Shown in pieces: positions 13,756 through 25,689 of a DNA stretch of 64,000 nucleotides. The number at the start of each line of letters is the position of its first letter. Position 1 is the stretch's first letter. The position numbers and the translations under genes were made by a program. Source of the stretch: Mobula hypostoma (taxonomy: Eukaryota); the NCBI RefSeq assembly GCF_963921235.1, contig NC_086108.1, forward strand, positions 114,330,001-114,394,000, read 5' to 3'. A model generated the notes under the pieces. The model saw only the letters and a list, made by a program, of their open reading frames with translations, ran no database searches and was not told the origin of the DNA.

Positions 13756-14779
13756 TAACTCAATTCCCAAATTGTCACTTCTCAGTGGGTCCTGTTAGTC
13801 GTCCAAAGAGTGAACTTCCTCTGTTCCCTCCCCAACGCCAGCACATCCTTTCTTAGATAAGGGGCACAAACCTGCTCACAATACTCCAATTGTGGTCTGA
13901 CCAATGCCTTATAAAGTCTAGTGCTTTGTGTTGTTGGTGTCAGGTGGAAGGGACTGAGTTGGTGGGGAACCTAGGTATACTGATCAAAGCCTGTACAGAA
14001 ACAGGCCTTTTGGCCCAACGATTCCCTGCCGACCATTAACCATCCAATGATGCCAATCCAACACAAGATCCCATTTCATTCCCTCTTTAGGCCCATCACC
14101 TAATTCCACTCCTCACCCACACACTGGTGACAATCTACAGCGGCCAATTATCCTGCTGAGCCGCATGTCTTTGGGCACCCAGGGGAAACCCATGTGGTCA
14201 CAGGGAGTACATGCAAACTCCACACAGACAGCACTGGAAGTCAGCATCAAACACTAGACTCTGGGGCTGTACCCGCTCTCAAACTGTGTCGCCTTTGAAC
14301 TTTGTTTAATGCCAGGCACTGCCGGTGCTGTTTGTTGCACCAACCAGTAGAACAAACTCTGCATCTGTCTCACTCAGGATTTAAAAACTCAATCGTTTTC
14401 CAGCAAATATCAGACAGTCACCAATACATCCAACCAGGAATTCACGGGCCACCTCTTTCTGCAAAGGGCTGGGGGGAGGGGACAAAGGGATCCTGGGATC
14501 CCTGAAAGTTGCTGTACAAGTTGATAGGGTGGTTAGGAAGGTGTATTAGAAATTCATTAGTCAAATATTGAGGCAATGTTACAGTTCTGTAAAACCCTCA
14601 GACCAACATGGAATCCAGTGTTCAGTTTTGGTCGCCTCATCATAGGACAGATATGGAAGCTTTAGAGAGGGTGCAGAGGAGATTTACCAGGATTCTGCCT
14701 GGGTTAGAGAACATGTCTTAGGAGAACAAGTTGAATGAGCTGGGGCTTTTCCCTTGGGAGTGGAGGATGAGACAGAAGT

Positions 14780-15715
14780 GTAATTAGCAAATTTGCTGAT
14801 GACACAAAGCTGGGTGGCAGTGCGAAATGTGAGGAGGATGTTATGAGAATGCAGGGTGACTTGGACAGGCTGGGTGAGTGGGCAGATGCATGGCAGATGC
14901 AGTTTAATGTGGATAAATGTGAGGTTATCCACTTTGGTGGTAAGAACAGGAAGGCAGATTATTATCTAAATGGAGTCAAGTTAGGAAAAGGGGAAGCACA
15001 ACAAGATCTAAGTATTCTTGTACATCAGTCACTGAAAGCAAACGTGCAAGTACAGCAGGCGGTGAAGAAAGCTAATGGCATGCTGGCCTTCATAACAAGG
15101 GGAATTGAGTATAAGAGCAAAGAGGTCCTTCTGCAGCTGTACAGGGCCCTGGTGAGACCACACCTGGAGTACTGTGTGCAGTTTTGGTCTCCAAATTTGA
15201 GGAAGGACATTCTTGCTATTGAGGGAGTGCAGCGTAGGTTCACAAGGTTAATTCCCGGGATGGCAGGACTGTCATATGTCGAAAGATTGGAACGACTGGG
15301 CTTGTATACTCTGGAATTTAGAAGGCTGAGAGGGGATCTTATTGAAACATATAAGATTATTAAGGGATTGGACACACTGGAGGCAGGAAGCATGTTCCCG
15401 CTGATGGACGAGTCCAGAACCAGAGGCCACAGTTTAAGAATAAGGGATAGGCCATTTAGAACGGAGTTGACGAAAAACTTTTTCACCCAGAGAGTGGTGG
15501 ATATATGGAATGCTCTGCCCCAGAAGGTTGTGGAGGCCAAGTCTCTGGACGCTTTCAAAAAAGAGATGGATAGAGCTCTTAAAGATAGCGGAATCAAAGG
15601 TTATGGGGATAAGGCAGGAACTGGATACTGATTGTGGATGATCAGCCATGATCACAGTGAATGGCGGTGCTGGCTCGAAGGGACTCCTGCACCTATTGTC
15701 TATTGTCTATTGTCT
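14780..15715 (+). mobile_element. Young 5'-truncated CR1, nested in an older CR1 (14500-16045)
   Basis: Open 262-aa frame with upstream KFADDTKL and RPHLEYCVQFWSP; (CTATTGT)n tail. Confidence 0.93.
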
Positions 15716-16339
15716 GTACAAGGTGAGAAGAGTGGGCAGCCAAAAACTTTTACCCAGGGTGGAAATGGCTAATACGAAAGGGCAAAATTTTAAGGTGGAG
15801 GAAAGTTTAGGGGGGATGTCAGAGGTAAGTATTTTACACAGAGAGTGGTAGGTGTGTGGAATGCCCTGCCAGGGATGGTGATAGTGACAGATACATTGGA
15901 GACATTTAAAAGATAGGCTCATGGATGATAGAAAAATGGAGGGTTATGTGGGAGGGAAGGGTTAAATTGATCTTAGAGAAGGTTAAAAGGTCAGCGCATA
16001 TTGTGGGCTGAAGGGCCTGCAGTATGCTCTAATGTTCTATGTCCTGTGAATGTGGAACCCTTGCCCCGTGGTATAAGGGTGAAGACCTGGAAGGGATCTC
16101 AGGGATGGGAGGGGAGGGGAGCAAAGTGGAGTGAAGGAGGCAGTGGTGTGGTGGGTGTCACTACATGACGTTCTTGAGGCCCCTACTAGGTTAAGTTGGG
16201 GTTAGTCACACTCGATGTCAATGAGGAACGAGGGGAGAAACCTAGTGCGGCAGGAAAACAAGCATGGAGTGCTTGGGCTGAATGGCCTGTACACTCCCTG
16301 TTTGGTAAAGTGTCGGATGTTTAGGTAGATTAATTTTTT

Positions 16340-16580
16340 TTAAGCGTGTCATACCAGACATTCAGCCATTCTTGTCTGGCACGTGGTGTCAGGATTAACT
16401 GGGTCACGTTCCGAACGTTCCTGACTCGACCCTTGTATTTTTTACGAGGCCGAGTGGCTAGCTCGACACTCAACCCAGTACAGATGGAAAGCGTGCTTGG
16501 GGGTGGCCCGACCTGGATTTGAACTCGGGAACCTTCGCTCTGGAGTCCGGAACTGATCTCACTGTGCCACCGGCCGGCGG
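16340..16580 (-). mobile_element. tRNA-derived SINE
   Basis: A box TGGCACAGTGAG and B box GTTCAAATCC on minus. Confidence 0.65.
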
Positions 16581-16779
16581 TAGATTAATAACGTGAAGTG
16601 AGAGATTGTTGTGAAACCACAGGCAGATCTTCAATCTCTCTCCCACGTACTGATTCATCACCACCTCGGATTTGGCCACGACAGTGGTGTCATCAGCAAA
16701 CTTAAATACTTAAATGTAAAGTGTTGGATGTCTTTAGTTGCTCATCTGTTCATCTGACTGGTGTTTTTTTTATCCTCAG

Positions 16780-16872
16780 AGCCATTGGATATATTATGTC
16801 TACCCTCTTCTACCCTATCATCACTTTCCTGCTCCTAGCCCTCTGCATTTGCTACTGGGCTGTAACAGCCAT
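16780..16872 (+). CDS. SLC44A5: SLC44A5-like exon 3 (followed by a U12-type donor)
   Basis: cctcag|A...GCCAT|gtatccttt; [30 protein letters not shown]; 93 nt. Confidence 0.92.
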
Positions 16873-18060
16873 GTATCCTTTCCGGGGATTTCGAGCTCCC
16901 TCATCCGACATCAAATAGACCGGGACAGCAAGGCTCCTGTAGCTTCACCTGCCCTACACTCTAGTGACAGAGCAAGTTTGTATGTTCCTTCCCCAGTACC
17001 ACCGGGTTTCAGATCAGAATCAGAATCAGGTTTAGTACCACTGGCATATGTTGTGAAATTTGTTGTTTTGCAATATATAATATTGTAATTTATAGATATT
17101 TATCATTAAGTCAATAAGTAGTGCAAAAAAAGAGGGAAAAAAATTAGTAGGGTAATGTTCATGGGCTCATTGCCCGTTCAGAAATCTGATGGCAGAGGGG
17201 AAGAAGCTGTTCCCGAAACGTTGAGTGTGTGTCTTCAGGCTCCTGTACCTCCTTCCTGATGATAGCAATGACAAGAGGGCATGTCCTGGCTGATGGCAGT
17301 CCTTAATGATTGATGGAGGCTGCTTTTTTGAGGCATCAGCTTTTGAAGGTGTCCTCGATGTTGGGAGGCTAGTGTCCATGATAGCGTCCAGCTGCAGCTT
17401 TTTCCGATCCTGTGCAGTGGCCCCTCCGTACCAGGCAGTGCTACAACCTGGTTAATTGAACCTGCATGAAACCAGCGCTTTGTACTGGGGTGGAGACGCA
17501 GTGGGACAGTCCCGGAGGTGGGGTGGTGGTGCCTGGGGAGATTGGACGGCTCTCCCTAAGGTGGTGAAGGTAAGGCAGAGAATTAAGGAGGTGAGGATCG
17601 TTACTGAGGTTTTCGTTGAGCACATTACAGGAAGCGTGCCCGGGGAGTGGAGTGTGTGTGTGCTGAGAACACAAGGTCCAGAGGGCAGAGGAGGAAATAG
17701 CTCCCCCAGCAGGGATCTGGGGCCTATGGCCATGGAACAGGGACTTGTGCAGAAAGTTGGTCAGAGTGGGGAGAGATTGACTGGGGACTTCTCCACTGTA
17801 CTTGCACAGTCCTGATGGGCCAAACAGCCATCTTCTAGATTGGATCAATGAGCTCCATTGGAGTTTTTCTATGCCTCAAAAAACAAAGGAGAAAAGGGTT
17901 AGATTGTTCTGAGAGTAGGTTAAAGGGCCAGCACAACATTGTGGGCTGAGGGGCCTGGATGGTCCTTTATTATTCTGTGTTTTAAAGTGGAAACGTTATC
18001 TCATTGTTGACGGGGATGCGGACAGAATTGCTGAATTATTCTTTAACGGCAAGCCTGCAG
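16873..18060 (+). other. U12-type (minor spliceosome) GT-AG intron
   Basis: Donor GTATCCTTT matches RTATCCTTT; branch-point-like TTCTTTAAC at 18039-18047 ends 13 nt before the exon; no polypyrimidine tract; frame AT|A (Ile) joins exons 3 and 4. Confidence 0.9.
17010..17445 (-). mobile_element. Rex-Babar-type LINE 3' end inside the U12 intron
   Basis: HALLSLLSSGRRYRSLKTHTQRFGNSFFPSAIRFLN; (TCTGAT)n tail. Confidence 0.8.
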
Positions 18061-18148
18061 ATTCCTGTCGACCTCTGGTGAGGCGGTGTACAAGGTAATG
18101 GCCAGTCATGGCCAGTGTAAATATGCAAACACCACGTGCAATCCTGAG
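18061..18148 (+). CDS. SLC44A5: SLC44A5-like exon 4 (not in the ORF track)
   Basis: ctgcag|A TTC CTG TCG...CCT GAG|gtaagt; IFLSTSGEAVYKVMASHGQCKYANTTCNPE; 88 nt. Confidence 0.92.
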
Positions 18149-18682
18149 GTAAGTGCAGCAGGTCGAACCAGGGGTTCATTTGGTAGCCCAGCCTGGATCA
18201 GGGGCAAAGCACACACCTCCTGGTCTGGAGTCACCTAAGGAGAGAGACACAGTTACTTTTGCAAGCAACACACACAAATTGCTGGAGGCACTTCGCAGGT
18301 CAGGCAAGCATCTATGGAAAAGAGTACGGTCGGCGTTTCAGGCCGAGACCCTTCAGCAGGACTGGGGGCAAAAAGGGTGAGACGCCAGAGAAAGAAAGTA
18401 GGGCGTTGGGAGGAAGAACCACAAGGTGATAGGTGAAACCGAGAGGGGGGAAGGGGTGAAGTAAAGAGCTGGGAAGTTGATTGGTGAGAGAGATAAAGGG
18501 CTGGAGAAGGGAGAATCTGATAGGAGAGGACAGAGGGCCATGGGAGGAGGACCACAGGGAGGGAGAGAGGAGATAAGGTGAGAGGGACGTTGGAATGAGC
18601 AATGGGGAAGGAGAGGGGGAGGGAGGGCATTACAGAAAGTTCAAGAAATCAATGTTCATGCCATCAAGTTGGAGGCTACACA

Positions 18683-19068
18683 TCTTCTACTCCAGCTTAA
18701 AGAAGGCAAACGTAAAAGAGGCGGACAACAGAAGAGATTCAAAGACATCTTAAAAGCCAACATGAAGAAATGTAACATCGGCATCAACAATTGGGAAACC
18801 AATGCCAAGGACAGAAAACTCTGGCAAGCCATCATCCGAGAGGGAACAGCAACTTTCGAAGCCAACAGATGTGCGGAATTAGAAGAAAAGAGAAGAAAAT
18901 GGAAAGAGAGGCAGCAACAACCAAAGCCCGATCTGCCATCTGGAACTACCTGTCCTGAATGCAGAAGAACTTTCAAAGCCAAGATTGGACTCATAAGCCA
19001 CTTGAGAGCCCATAAGTAGATCAACAGAACGAAGACCATCATCCTCGACCTCGAGGAATAGCCATGAC
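18683..19068 (+). mobile_element. RTE-clade LINE 3' end
   Basis: GKRKRGGQQKRFKDILK...WETNAKDRKLW...CPECRRTFKAKIGLISHLRAH (C-terminal zinc finger). Confidence 0.85.
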
Positions 19069-19345
19069 GACACAGACGGAATATAAGATGTTGCTCCTCC
19101 AACCTGAGTGTGGCCTTATCATGACAGTAGAGGAGGGCATGGACTGATATGTTGGAATTAAAATGGGTGTCACTGGGAGACCCTGCTTTATCTGGCAGAC
19201 AGATTGTAGGTGCTCGGCAAAGTGATCTCCCAATCTACGTCGGGTCTCACTGATATACAGGAGGCAAAACCGGGAGGACTGGATACAGTAGATGACTCCT
19301 ACAGTCACACAGGTGAAGTATCGCCTCACCTGGAAGCATACTGTT

Positions 19346-20065
19346 GTGCAGGGGGACTTGGGAGTGCTAGCGCATGGATTGCAAAAAGTTGGCTTGCAGA
19401 TACAAGAAGTTATTAAGAAGGCAAACGGAATGTTGGCCTTCATTGCTAGAGGGATTGAATTCAAGAGCAGGGAGGTTATGCTGCAACTATACAGGGTACT
19501 GGTGAGGCTGCACCTGGAGTACTGTGTGCAGTTCTGGTCTCCATACTTGAGGAGGGATATACTGGCTTTGGAGGCAGTGCAGAGGAGGTTCACCAGGTTG
19601 ATTCTAGGGATGAAGGGGTTAACCTATGAGGAGAGATTGAGTCACCTGGGACTATACTCTCTGGAATTCAGAAGAATGAGAGGGGATCTTATAGAAACAT
19701 ACAAAACTTTGAAAGGGATAAGAAAGAAGTAGGAAAGTTGTTTCCATTGGTAGGTGAGACTAGAACTAGGGGACATTGCCTCAAGATTCAGAGGAGAAGA
19801 TTTAGGACGGAGATGAGGAGAAACTGTTTTTCCCCAGAGAGTGGTGAATCTGTGGAATTCTCTGCCCAGGGAAGCAGTTGAGGCTTCCTCACTAAATATA
19901 TTTGAGATACAGTTAGATAGATTTTTACATAGTAAGGGAATTAAGGGTTATGGGGAAAAGGCAGGTAGATGGAGCTGAGTTTACGGACAGATCAGCCATG
20001 ATCTTATTGAATAGCGGGGCAGGCTCGATGGGCCGGATGGCCGACTCCTGCTCCTATTTCTTATG
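19346..20065 (+). mobile_element. Young CR1 3' fragment
   Basis: KKANGMLAFIARG...HLEYCVQFWSP; near-identical to 33330-33920 in opposite orientation. Confidence 0.92.
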
Positions 20066-20332
20066 TTTTGGGGCTCTGAATGGTAGTGAGGGAGGAGGTG
20101 TAGCACTTGTTCCGCTTGCAAGGATAAGTGCCGGGAGGGAGTCGTGTAGGGAGCGCTCCCTGTGGTACTCTTCCCCCTTTTCCTTCTTCCATGGCCTTCT
20201 GTCCTCTCCTATCAGATTCCCCCTTCTCCAGCCTTGTATCTCTTTCATCAATCAGCTTCCCAGCTCTTTACTTCCACCCCTCCCCCATCAACAGATTTTT
20301 TTCTTGTCTATAATTGGGTTACTTTTGCATCT

Positions 20333-20744
20333 CCATTAGTCGCCATTTTATGAGGTTCACCTGTACACTTACTTGTTCATGCAAATACCTAATCAGCCAA
20401 TCATGTGGCAGCAACTCAATGCATAAACATATGCAGACATGGCCAAGAGGTTCAATTGTTGTTCAGACCCGATATTAGAATGGGGAAGAAATGTGAAGAA
20501 AAGTGACTTTGACCGTGGAATGATTGTTGGTGCTAGACCGGGAGGTCTGAGTAACTCAAACTGCTAATCTCCTGGTATTTTCACATAGAACAGCCTCTAG
20601 AGTTTACAGAGAATGGTGTGAAAAACAAAATAAATCCAGTGAGCAGCATTTCTGTGGGAGAAACTGCCTTGAAGTGGATGGGCTATAGCAGCGGAAGACC
20701 ACACTGGGTTCCACTCCCGTACCTAGTAAAGTGGACACTTAGTG
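20333..20744 (+). mobile_element. Tc1-like non-autonomous DNA transposon
   Basis: Degenerate TIRs (right end TAGTAAAGTGGACACTTAGTG then TA); frameshifted HTH remnant MGKKC..DFDRGMIVGAR..LLVFSHRTASRVYREW. Confidence 0.75.
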
Positions 20745-20799
20745 TACTGGCCTTTTATTCTGGTCACAAAGGTGAAGCACTCCAGGCACCAATACCCCA

Positions 20800-21270
20800 G
20801 ACAGCAATTTGCCAGGACAGTATGCTCCTTCTCCCCCTGGATTCTGCCTGGCTTCAGGAGGATATCAGCAACTGTGGGGCTTTTTCCTTTGAGGCCAAGG
20901 AGGATGAGGGGTGACTTGACAGGGGTGTATGTACAAGATGATAAGAGGCATAGATTGAGTGGACAGCCAGAGACTTTATCCCAGGGTGAAAATGATTAAC
21001 ACGAGGGGACATAATTTTACTGTGATTGCAAGGAAGTATAGGGGGGTGTATGAGGTAAAGTTTCTTACATGGAGAGTGGTGGGTGCGTGGAACGTCCTGC
21101 CAGAGATGGTGGTCAAGGTAGATTCATTAGGAGCATTTAAGAGACTCTTGGATAGGCATGTGGCATTGTGGGAGGGAATGGTTAGATTGATCTTGTAGTA
21201 GGTCAAGGGGTTGCCACAACATTGTGGACTGAAGGACCTGTGCTGTCCTGTGATGTTCCATGATCTATGT
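20800..21270 (+). mobile_element. CR1 3' fragment
   Basis: DSQRLYPRVKMINTRGHNF...RVVGAWNVLP. Confidence 0.8.
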
Positions 21271-21459
21271 TCCCCTCGCGTCCCTTCTACCCCTCCTCTT
21301 CACTCCCTGCGCACTTGTCCCTGGGAATGGCTTCTTCATTTGCCCAGGCAGACAGAACGAGCTGCCAGGATGCTGATGGAAGCAGTTACAACAGCATTTA
21401 GTGGCACAAACAGGCAGAGTGTGGTGGGATATGGACCAGGTGCAGGTAAATGGGATGAG

Positions 21460-22160
21460 AATCAGATTTAATATCACCGGTGTATGGTGTGAGATTTGTT
21501 TTACGGCAGCAGTACATAGCAATACATAACAATAAAAACTATAATTTACAATAAGAAGTATGTTTAAAAAAATAAATAGTGCAAAAAGAGAGTGAAGAAT
21601 ATTGTAGGAATATTCATGGATTCATTGTCCTCTCAGAAATCTGATGGCGGAGGGGAAGGAGCTGTCCCTGAAACATTGAGTGTGTCTTCAGCCTCCTGTA
21701 CTACCTCCTTGATTCGAGCCATGAGAAGAGGGCATGTCCTTGGTGATGGGCTGCTTGATAATGGATGTCTCCTTGAGACATTGCCTTTTGAAGATGTTCT
21801 CGATGCTGGGGAGGCTGGTGCCTGTGATGGAGCTGACTGAGTTTACAACTTTCTGCAGCTTTTTCTAATCTGTGTTCTCTCCGTACCAGACAGTGATGTG
21901 ACCAGTTAGAATGCTCTCCACAGTAATTCTGTAGAACTTTATGAGAGTCTTTGGTGACATTCCAAATCACCTCAAATTCCTAATGAAATATAGCTGCTGT
22001 CATGCCTTCTTCTTAATTGCATTAATATGTTGGGCCCGGGTTAGATCCTCAGAGATGTTGACACCTAGGAACTTGAAACTGCTCACCCTTTCCACTACTG
22101 ATCCCTCGATCAGGACTGTGTGCGTTCCCTCGACTTCCCCTTCCAAAGTCCACAGTCAGT
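21460..22160 (-). mobile_element. Rex-Babar-type LINE fragment
   Basis: Minus-strand VSSFKFLGVNISEDLT motif and 3' tail. Confidence 0.75.
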
Positions 22161-22188
22161 AGTTTGCATCGCCATCATGGTCAGTGAT

Positions 22189-22335
22189 TCTGTACTGTAC
22201 TCTTCCATGTTACTGCACTGTGTTGTGTCAGCACTGCCCACTGCCCGATACCCTCACCTACTCTGTACTGTACTCTTCCATGTTACTGCTCTGTGATGTG
22301 TCAGCACTGCCCACTGCCTGATACCCTCACCTACT
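22189..22335. repeat. Tandem duplication, 2 x about 73 bp
   Basis: TGTACTGTACTCTTCCATGTTACTGC...CCCTCACCTA repeated. Confidence 0.9.
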
Positions 22336-22387
22336 CTTTTGCCCTGCTTCCTCCCTCAGCCACCATTCCAATGAGGGTGAACCTAAT

Positions 22388-22575
22388 CGGCTTGGCGTGG
22401 TTAGCGTAACGCTTCACAGCGCCGGCAGTTGGGGTCAATTCCCGCTACTGTCTGTAAGTTTTTGCACGTTCTCACCATGACCTCATAGGTTTGCTCCAGG
22501 TGCTCTGGTTTCCTCACACCTTCCAGCGATGTATGGGTTAGTAAATCGTGGACATGCTGTGTTAGGTTCAGAAGC
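22388..22575 (+). mobile_element. tRNA-derived V-SINE-like element
   Basis: A/B boxes, then the CCAGGTGCTCTGGTTTCCTC core; related copies near 23615, 32295, 44800 and 52400 (+) and 6000, 14100, 46330, 48830, 51560, 53340, 54130 and 63470 (-). Confidence 0.7.
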
Positions 22576-23289
22576 ATTGGTGACATTTTGTACACATATC
22601 TCCTAGGTCCCTGCCTGACCTCCCCTCATGTCATCCTCACAACCTACTTTCCGACCAGGCCTTCCTGCAGGTCAGTTATCTGAGCTGGAGGAACACGGGA
22701 GCAGATGGAGAGGGGTGGGAGCAGATGACCTGATGGGTTATAATTTCTGTGTAGCTGTAAAAATGTGCTGTCTGTACCTGATTAGTACAGGGGATTCCAG
22801 TCCTTCAGGATTACAGCTGCCTCCTACATCGCCAGCAGGCAAGTGGCATCGGTTCAGGAGGGACTGTACTACCCTTCCCTCTGAGCATGAGGGGCAGGTG
22901 ACACACAATACCCCTGATGCTCTACCTCCCTAAGGCCAGTTCTTGGCATGTGTAGAGGAATTCCATCAGAACTTAAGACATAGGAGCAGGAGGAGACCGT
23001 TTGACTCATCAAGTCTGTTCCACCATTCCATCATAGCTATTTCATTATATCTCTCAACACTATTCTTCTGCCTGCTCCTCATAACCTCTGACGCCTTGAC
23101 TAATCAAGAACAAATCATCCTTCTCCTTAAATACACTCAATGACTTGGCCTCCACAGCTGTCTGTGGCAATGAATTCCATAGATTCACCAGCCTCCTCTG
23201 GGTAAGGAAATTCCTCCTTAGTTCTGAGACTGTGCCGACTGTCTCCACTGTAGGAAATGAGTCAACGCCTTTTTGTTCTTCCCCAATAG

Positions 23290-23552
23290 ACATTCAACAC
23301 CAGCAATGTCACCAAGCTGTGCCGGGGAGCACAATGTGCCTTTGCGTTCTACGGCGGAGAGACCGTTTACCACAAGTACATCTTCATCCTTCAGCTGTGC
23401 AACCTCTTCGTCTTCCTGTGGCTGGTCAACTTTGCCATTGCCCTGGGCCAGTGCACCTTGGCCGGTGCCTTCGCCTCCTACTACTGGGCATTCAAGAAGC
23501 CAGCAGACATACCATCTTTTCCCCTGCTCGCCTCCTTCGGCCGCGCCTTGAG
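23290..23552 (+). CDS. SLC44A5: SLC44A5-like exon 5
   Basis: caatag|ACA...TTGAG|gtgaga; [88 protein letters not shown]; 263 nt. Confidence 0.95.
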
Positions 23553-24578
23553 GTGAGAACACCCAGGGGCTTCCACCCTCGCTACTCCGGTCCCTAGTAG
23601 GTACAACCAAGAGGCAGTATGGTAGCAGAGCAGCTAGCGTGAGGCTTTACAACACCAGCGACCCAGGTTCGGTTCCGGGATAGAGCTTGTATGTCTCACT
23701 GTGACCGCGTGGGTTTCCTCCGGGTGCTCCGGTTTCCTCCCACATTCCAAAGGCGTACCATTCTGGGTTAGTGAGCTGTGGGCATGTTGGCACTGGAATC
23801 ACAGCAGCACTGCAAGGATTGAAAGAGGACAGTATCTTTTTCACTGGGGTTGAAATGTCTAATAGCTGAGGACATGTACTTAAGCTGAGAGAGGGGAAGT
23901 TCAAGGGAGACATGAGGGCCAAGATTTTTACACAGAGAGTGGCGGGTGCCTAGAGTGCCCTGTCTGGAGTGGTGGGAGAGGCAGATACATGAGGGACTTT
24001 TATGAGGTGTTTAGATGGGCACATGAACGTGAGGAAAATGAAAGAATAAGGACTTGCGTAGGCAGAGAGGATTAGTTAGATTGCCTATTTAATTAGTTTG
24101 GCAGAGCATGTCCTATGTCATGTAGAATGGGATTGACAGGGAAGTAGATCGATCATGAAGAAATGGTGGAACAGACCCGATGGGCTGAATGGTCTGTTTC
24201 TGTTCCTTTGTCTTTCGGCCTCATGGTCTAACAGGGAGACGTGAGTGTCCCTGTGATAACTGTTCTATGTCTAAAAGAGAGAGAAGATCAGGGGACTGAG
24301 GGCGATAGGGAACTGGCACAGAAGGGTCATTGTGGGACAGGACAGAACTGAGGGGAGAAGGTGTGATTGCAGGTGAGGGGACAAGACGGTGCGAGGATTA
24401 GGATGACGGAACAAAGGTGAGGGGTATAGCATTAAGATTCTGAGTGCAAGGGTCAGAGTCAGGATGAGGACAAGGGTCACAGTTGAGGTAGGGGAGAGTG
24501 ACTGACTGCGAGGAGATGGGAAGAATGAGGCTCCCAGGGTGCTGGAGGCGTAACCTTGACTCTATCTCCACACCTCAG

Positions 24579-24673
24579 GTACCACACCGGGTCGCTGGCC
24601 TTCGGCTCTCTCATCCTCGCCCTCGTTCAGTTTATCAGGGTCATTCTGGAGTACCTGGACAACAAGCTGAAAG
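24579..24673 (+). CDS. SLC44A5: SLC44A5-like exon 6
   Basis: cctcag|G...AAAG|gtgagt; [31 protein letters not shown], with the family signature HTGSLAFG; 95 nt. Confidence 0.95.
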
Positions 24674-24699
24674 GTGAGTGAGGGATGACGGAGAGAAGG

Positions 24700-25625
24700 A
24701 GGGACATGGTCCACACTGGGAAGGGAACGGGGCAGGGGTTGATGAAGGAAAAGAGGGAGACGTGGTCCACACTGGGAAGGGAACGGGGTGTGACGAAGAA
24801 AAAGAGAGAGACGTGGTCCACACTGGGAAGGGAACGGGGCAGGGAAATGAAGGAAAAGAGGGGGACGTGGTCCACACTGGGAAGGGAATGGGGGGGGCAG
24901 TTGATGAAGGAAAAGAGGGGGACGTGGTCCACACTGGGAAGGGTACGGGGGGGTGAAATGAAGGAAAAGAGGGGCACATGGTCCACACTGGGAAGGGAAT
25001 GGGACAGGGAAATGAAGGAAAAGAGGGGGACATGGTCCACACTGGGAAGGGAACGGGGGGGGTTGATGAAGGAAAAGAGGGGGACGTGGTCCACACTGGG
25101 AAGGGAATGGGGGGGTTGATGAAGGAAAAGAGGGGGACGTGGTCCACACTGGGAAGGGAATGGGGGGGTTGATGAAGGAAAAGAGGGGGACGTGGTCCAC
25201 ACTGGGAAGGGAATGGGGCGGGAAAATGAAGGAAAAGAGGGGGACATGGTCCACACTGGGAAGGGAACAGGGGGTGATGAAGGAAAAGAGGGGGACGTGG
25301 TCCACACTGGGAAGGGAACAGGGGGTGATAAAGGAAAAGAGGGGGACATGGTCCACGCTGGGAAGGGAACAAGGGGTGATGAAGGAAAAGAGGGGGACAT
25401 GGTCCACACTGGGAAGGGAATGGGGGGGTTGATGAAGGAAAAGAGGGGGACGTGGTCCACACTGGGAAGGGAATGGGGGGGTTGATGAAGGAAAAGAGGG
25501 GGACGTGGTCCACACTGGGAAGGGAACAGGGGGTTGATGAAGGAAAAGAGGGGGACGTGGTCCACACTGGGAAGGGAACAGGGGGTGATGAAGGGAGAGA
25601 GGGGGACGTGGTCCACACTGGGAAG
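24700..25625. repeat. About 53-bp purine-rich minisatellite, about 17 copies
   Basis: Unit GATGAAGGAAAAGAGGGGGACGTGGTCCACACTGGGAAGGGAATGGGGGGGTT, starting just after the exon 6 donor. Confidence 0.95.
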
Positions 25626-25689
25626 CGTGCAAGGAGCGGGAGTGGGGGTGAGTGGGTGATGAAGAAGGGAAGGTGGGATGGCAAAGTTC

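Larger units (their letters stand above)
18260..20160 (-). mobile_element. Penelope-like element split by RTE and CR1 insertions
   Basis: GIY-YIG fragments (VIYCIQSSRFCLLYISETRRRLGDHFAEHL) that resume across both insertions. Confidence 0.85.

Noticed and set aside
14843..15631. Intact 262-aa RT-like ORF as a possible domesticated gene
   Set aside because: 5'-truncated young CR1 copy with a microsatellite tail, nested in another CR1.
16500..16580. tRNA-like sequence
   Set aside because: Has A/B boxes but I could not fold a full cloverleaf, and it continues into a SINE body.
18669..19019. C2H2-like zinc-finger ORF
   Set aside because: C-terminus of an RTE LINE protein, inserted in a Penelope element.
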